Shown one piece after another: positions 36,901 through 41,097 of a stretch of DNA of 41,097 nucleotides. This DNA comes from Asterionella formosa (Eukaryota). Below the pieces are notes generated by a model. It had not been told where the DNA came from. It ran no database searches and worked only from the letters and a program-made list of their open reading frames with translations. The DNA lies in contig NKIB01014732.1 in NCBI GenBank assembly GCA_002256025.1, positions 1-41,097 on the forward strand. Reading direction: 5' to 3'. The position numbers and the translations under genes were made by a program. The first letter of the stretch is position 1. The number at the start of each line of letters is the position of its first letter.

Positions 36901-39900
36901 AACATTACAGTCATCGACTCTCTCTTTGGGGCTGGAATATCAGCAAGCTCTAACCCATCTACAACATCTATCCCTCCATTGTATATTTCAATTACAGAGG
37001 AGCCTGTATGGCCGGCCCACGCACAATCAATAAAAGCTAACTCGGAACTTGCCTCACCGGAAGCAGATATTGACGTCTTCCTGGAAGAAAGAAATGTAAC
37101 TCCTAAAAACATAATGTTTGTTGAATTGCCTTCAACACGAAATTGTGTAGTGCCACCTCGCACGACACAACTTTCGTCTCTATTCCCGTTGATTCCACAT
37201 CTAATTAGCGTGTCTCCAATACTTATTCTGATTGGTGTGAGCGCAGGATCGGGATATTGATCAACATTGAACAATGTACCTGGACAAAGTTGAAAAGTTC
37301 TACCCGTTCCAACTGAAGGTGCCTGTTTGATGGCAAGGGATAGCTGCCCCCAGTCCGAATAACAATCGGCAACAATGCAAAGTTGCGAGGTGAAACGCTC
37401 GCAGTTTCCGACACACTCATTTACATTGAAGCAGTCCCCAGATTGAGTTTGAACGAAAATTCCATCATTGCACGTTTGCTTTGGTGATTTCATTTCCACT
37501 CCATTGCTAAATGCACAGTTGTTGACATTTGAATCCAAAGTCGATAAATAGTCTAGAAAAACTGGCGATGGCAGAAATTGATAGGCATTGTCCAGAAAGG
37601 TTGAGTTCTCGATTGAGAAGTCTCCTCCATAAGCAGCAACGACCGCACCCTGAAGGTGTGGCGCGATACAATAGTCAGCAAAAAAATTTGTGTGCACGGT
37701 GGCAAGATTATCTTCCCGGTAGAAACTTACATTTGCCGTATTGTTGACGAATTCGCTATTGAGAATTGTAATTCGCCCTCTAATTATCAAAATGGCCGCG
37801 AGGTTGTTGTCATTGTTCTGTTAAAAATAATGAACCAAAAATGTCAGGATCTCGGACGGCAAGAGACAAATTGTATGAAGGAGCCAGTGTGCGTGCGACA
37901 CGTCCTGCTTACCTCAAACAAGCAATCTTCAAATGCCAAATTTAATGCCCCAGACTTCTGTAATACTCGCCAATGACGAGTGCCTTTCAGGACACCACCG
38001 AGAACATCTGCCACTTCGCCATCTTTAAGCTGCGACAACCCATCTGTAATTTCGACAATTCCTAACGAATCAAACGCGACAGTCGACGCAGTTGGTGCAG
38101 TCGAAAACACTATAGAAACTGGTTGCTTTTCTGTCCCAGTTGGGGCGAGGCTACCGGGGATTGAAGGAGCGTCTGAAAGGACTGAGCTCGTAGTAACTGA
38201 TCTTGCACTACCCAGTGTCAGTAGACTTTCTTTGGTTGTTGCTGCGATGCCAGTACGAGCAAACAATGCTGGTGTCATTTGTCTAGATACAGGACTCGGA
38301 ACAAGAGACAATGAAGGTCCTGGAGTTTTGCTGGGCACTGCAGAGGGCGAAAATGATGATGTTGGAATTCTCGTTTTTGTTGGCAGAAACGACGGCTTTT
38401 CTGAGAACGTCGGATTTCTTGATTGTGTCGGGCTAGTAGACTGAGTTGGATTATTCGATGGAAATCTAGACGTTGACGGTTGACTAGTTGGTGCTTGCAC
38501 TTCGCTGCTTAATTCAGTGGGTTTGATAGATACTGATCCATTGGGATTGAAAGATACGGATGGACTAACTGTCTGACTTGGACCCTGAGAAGGGACATAA
38601 CTGCTTGATGGTTGCTTACTTGTTGACGGTGCCTTGACTCCGCCCATGAAAGGAGCGCCTGACACAGATGGCCTTCCGCTGGGCAAATTAGTTATGGATG
38701 GACCACCCGTCGAATTGGAAGGCATCGCGGTGAATCCAGGCTGTCTGGACCCTGAAATAGGTGTAGAAGTCACTGTCGGTAGCCCCATTGGTTGAGATGT
38801 CAATGTTGGACCAACACTGGGGACGGGGTTTTTGGTCGGCGTGCTTGTCATCGTAGGAACCGTAGATTCATTCAAAGATGGGATATTAGTTGAAGATGGG
38901 TGTGCAGTCAGTGTGGGGCCTGAACTTGGTATAAATGTAACAGTCGGTAGTCCTGTTGTTTGCAAAGGTTGGCTTGGTAGCACTGTTGGAAACACTGTTA
39001 AGGCAGATACACCGCTAGGAACTGGCGTCGTTGATGGGTTCGGAGTATTTGAAGGTCTCCTACTGCTTCCGATTGCTGTCGGGAGTGCTGTAAGGGTAGG
39101 ATTCGATGTGATTGTCGGTCTAGAACTCAAAGAAGGTAGAAAGGATTGAAGAACACTAGCTGTAGGCCCATGAGTCAGCGACGGAGCAAACGAAAAAGAG
39201 TTGAATGACGGCAATGCTGTCAACGTCGGGTGAGGAGATTTTGAAGGCGTGGTACTAAGTGTTGAATTGATTACTGTCGGGTTTCCCGTCACATTCGGAA
39301 TTCCTGCTTGTGAGGGAAAAGTGGTTACTTCCTGAGCTATAGTTGGCAATGGGGTACCAGTTGGCATCTGAGTGGATGATGGGGTTGGAACAGGCGTTGC
39401 CACATCAACGTCAACTGCAAGAATTGTACCATCTCCTCGATTTTCCTTCATGCAATAATATATCAGTGTAAGATCTTAGGATCCGTTGTCACATTGAATA
39501 AATGGTGATACTGGTGATATCTTCTTTTCTTACCTTCCAAATGCAGTCACGAAAAGTCACCTCCCCGCCACGTCCAGTGTAAATAATTGAAGCGTTGCTT
39601 GCTTGCAGAAAGGTGACACCCATTACTAGAATACCCTTCGGTCCCCCACTAATAAGTATATGAAAGCTTCCTTCGGCAAAAATGCATGTATTCGAACTCA
39701 TTCCATTGTCGCCACACGAGATCACAGTATTATTGGAGGTAATTACAATGGCTTGAATTTCTGTAGCCGGCGGTATTGTATTGTTGTCGCCTCCTTGAAT
39801 GTTATCATCATTGAAGAGATCATCATCACCTCCTGATGGGGGAGGGACGGTAGAGAAGTTGAATACAGTATTTGGACACAAAACGAATTGTCCTCCAGTA

Positions 39901-40106
39901 CCATTTGAGTTCAACCTGATATCTGTCCTCAGAGCAACAAGGCTGGAATAACCGACTATAGATACATCAGAAGGACAATCTGACGGTCCAGTGTACTTTC
40001 CAGCTACTGTAGCAATACAACATAAAAGTGAAACAAACAGGAGATGGGCGACTGTCGGATTCTGATGGCAGTACGGGATCCACCGCTGATCTAATAAATC
40101 CGCCAT
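33999..40106 (-). CDS. Giant secreted modular protein (~1947 aa): four Cys-containing beta-helix-like modules plus Pro/Thr/Ser linkers; exons 40106-39534, 39445-37913, 37817-37731, 37649-33999
   Basis: Three ORFs joined in frame by GTAAG...AG introns of 88, 95 and 81 bp. Hydrophobic leader LLFVSLLCCIATVAG; repeated FxLC..T.F...I.CG.NG...C...GG..(Q/H)F modules; PT repeats; MSMSMSMS tail. Confidence 0.85.
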
Positions 40107-41097
40107 TTTTCTTTGTTTATTGATGGCTTCGATGGGAATCGATTATTGAACTTGATTTGTGTTTGTATTGTGTTCAAGGCTGTCAATAAGGGATCGCAAA
40201 CAAGTTGCAAAATCTGCCACAAGGTTGCGCACTTTTTCATAGATATTTGTACATACATAAATATAAATTGAGTGCAAGCGTTGTGGACACATCAATAGAA
40301 ACGCCTATACTTTAGATACTAAATACAAGCAGTCACAAACTTCGAAGAAGAGGAAATGCGTAATTAGATATACATATATTATATAGATTAAGCGAGCGAT
40401 GCGTTGGATTTGAAATCCGACATCGGTCCTACTCCCATCGGATTTGCACAAACATAACGGTAGTAGACCTAATATGACAATGTGCATACCGGTATTAGTT
40501 GGTTCGTGTACCGGTACATTGACACATAAAAAATTAATCCACGAAGTCTACCGTACCAGGTATTGTAAGTCCGTATGGACGAGGTCGCCGATACATACCG
40601 GGTAGTGTCTAGCTTAAATAAGTCATATAAAGACATGGATGTATTTTATATAATTTGAGTAGACAACTCGGTGACACGATACCTGTGTATTACACCAGTA
40701 TTATAGACAGCTCTAAATATCTACCGGTATGCACCTTTCGACAAGACATCTCATCAGACTACCGTATGTATATTTCCTACCGTACACGAGTACCGGTAGT
40801 CTACCGGCAAATATATTCACCATAGAGTATTGCGAAAAATTGCCAAACTACGCTAGCTAAAAGTGTGACGATGAATTGATTTTTTATTACCGGTAAGGTT
40901 GCTGCATTTGAACCCCTAGCTCGAGGTAGGGTTAATAAAATAATATTGAGTCAGACTAATCAAACACCTACTCTCCACATATAAATCAAATATGTATAAC
41001 GCTCAACGGAGCTTTCACCAATACACACCCTTTCCATATGCTTACATACAGTCTTCGGACAAAGTAGGGGGGGGGGGTGTAGGTCCACGCTATATTT

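Noticed and set aside
34099..39149. Plus-strand ORFs of 100-230 aa
   Set aside because: Antisense shadows of the giant minus-strand gene.
41066..41097. Poly-G tract resembling the one at ~4410
   Set aside because: No shared flanking sequence, and too little context at the window edge.

Overview
Eukaryotic nuclear DNA, most likely from a diatom. This is inferred from short 73-104 bp GT-AG introns, signal peptide + Phe transit-peptide plastid targeting, RXL propeptide sites, PT-repeat and SMSM-tailed secreted proteins, and TTAGGG. From left to right the window holds: an intact PIF/Harbinger DDE transposase running off the left edge (missed by the ORF track); a PhoD phosphatase; a Cys-flanked membrane protein; a repeat/TE island (4.4-8.2 kb); a GT32 glycosyltransferase followed by four sulfotransferase paralogues; an S1 protease; a foldback element; a 42-aa microprotein; CpG-decayed gene fragments including a Rab11 pseudogene; a plastid-targeted amino-acid transporter; a DNAJC9-like co-chaperone; glutathione reductase; and a ~1950-aa modular secreted protein. 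Three signals stand out. (1) The sulfotransferases form a mirror array of two head-to-head pairs, each with one canonical and one PAPS-loop-variant enzyme. (2) A non-coding hairpin occurs twice, 16.6 kb apart, with compensatory base changes. (3) A highly iterated TACC/GGTA palindrome marks the intergenic DNA. All calls were made by eye; no database searches were run.
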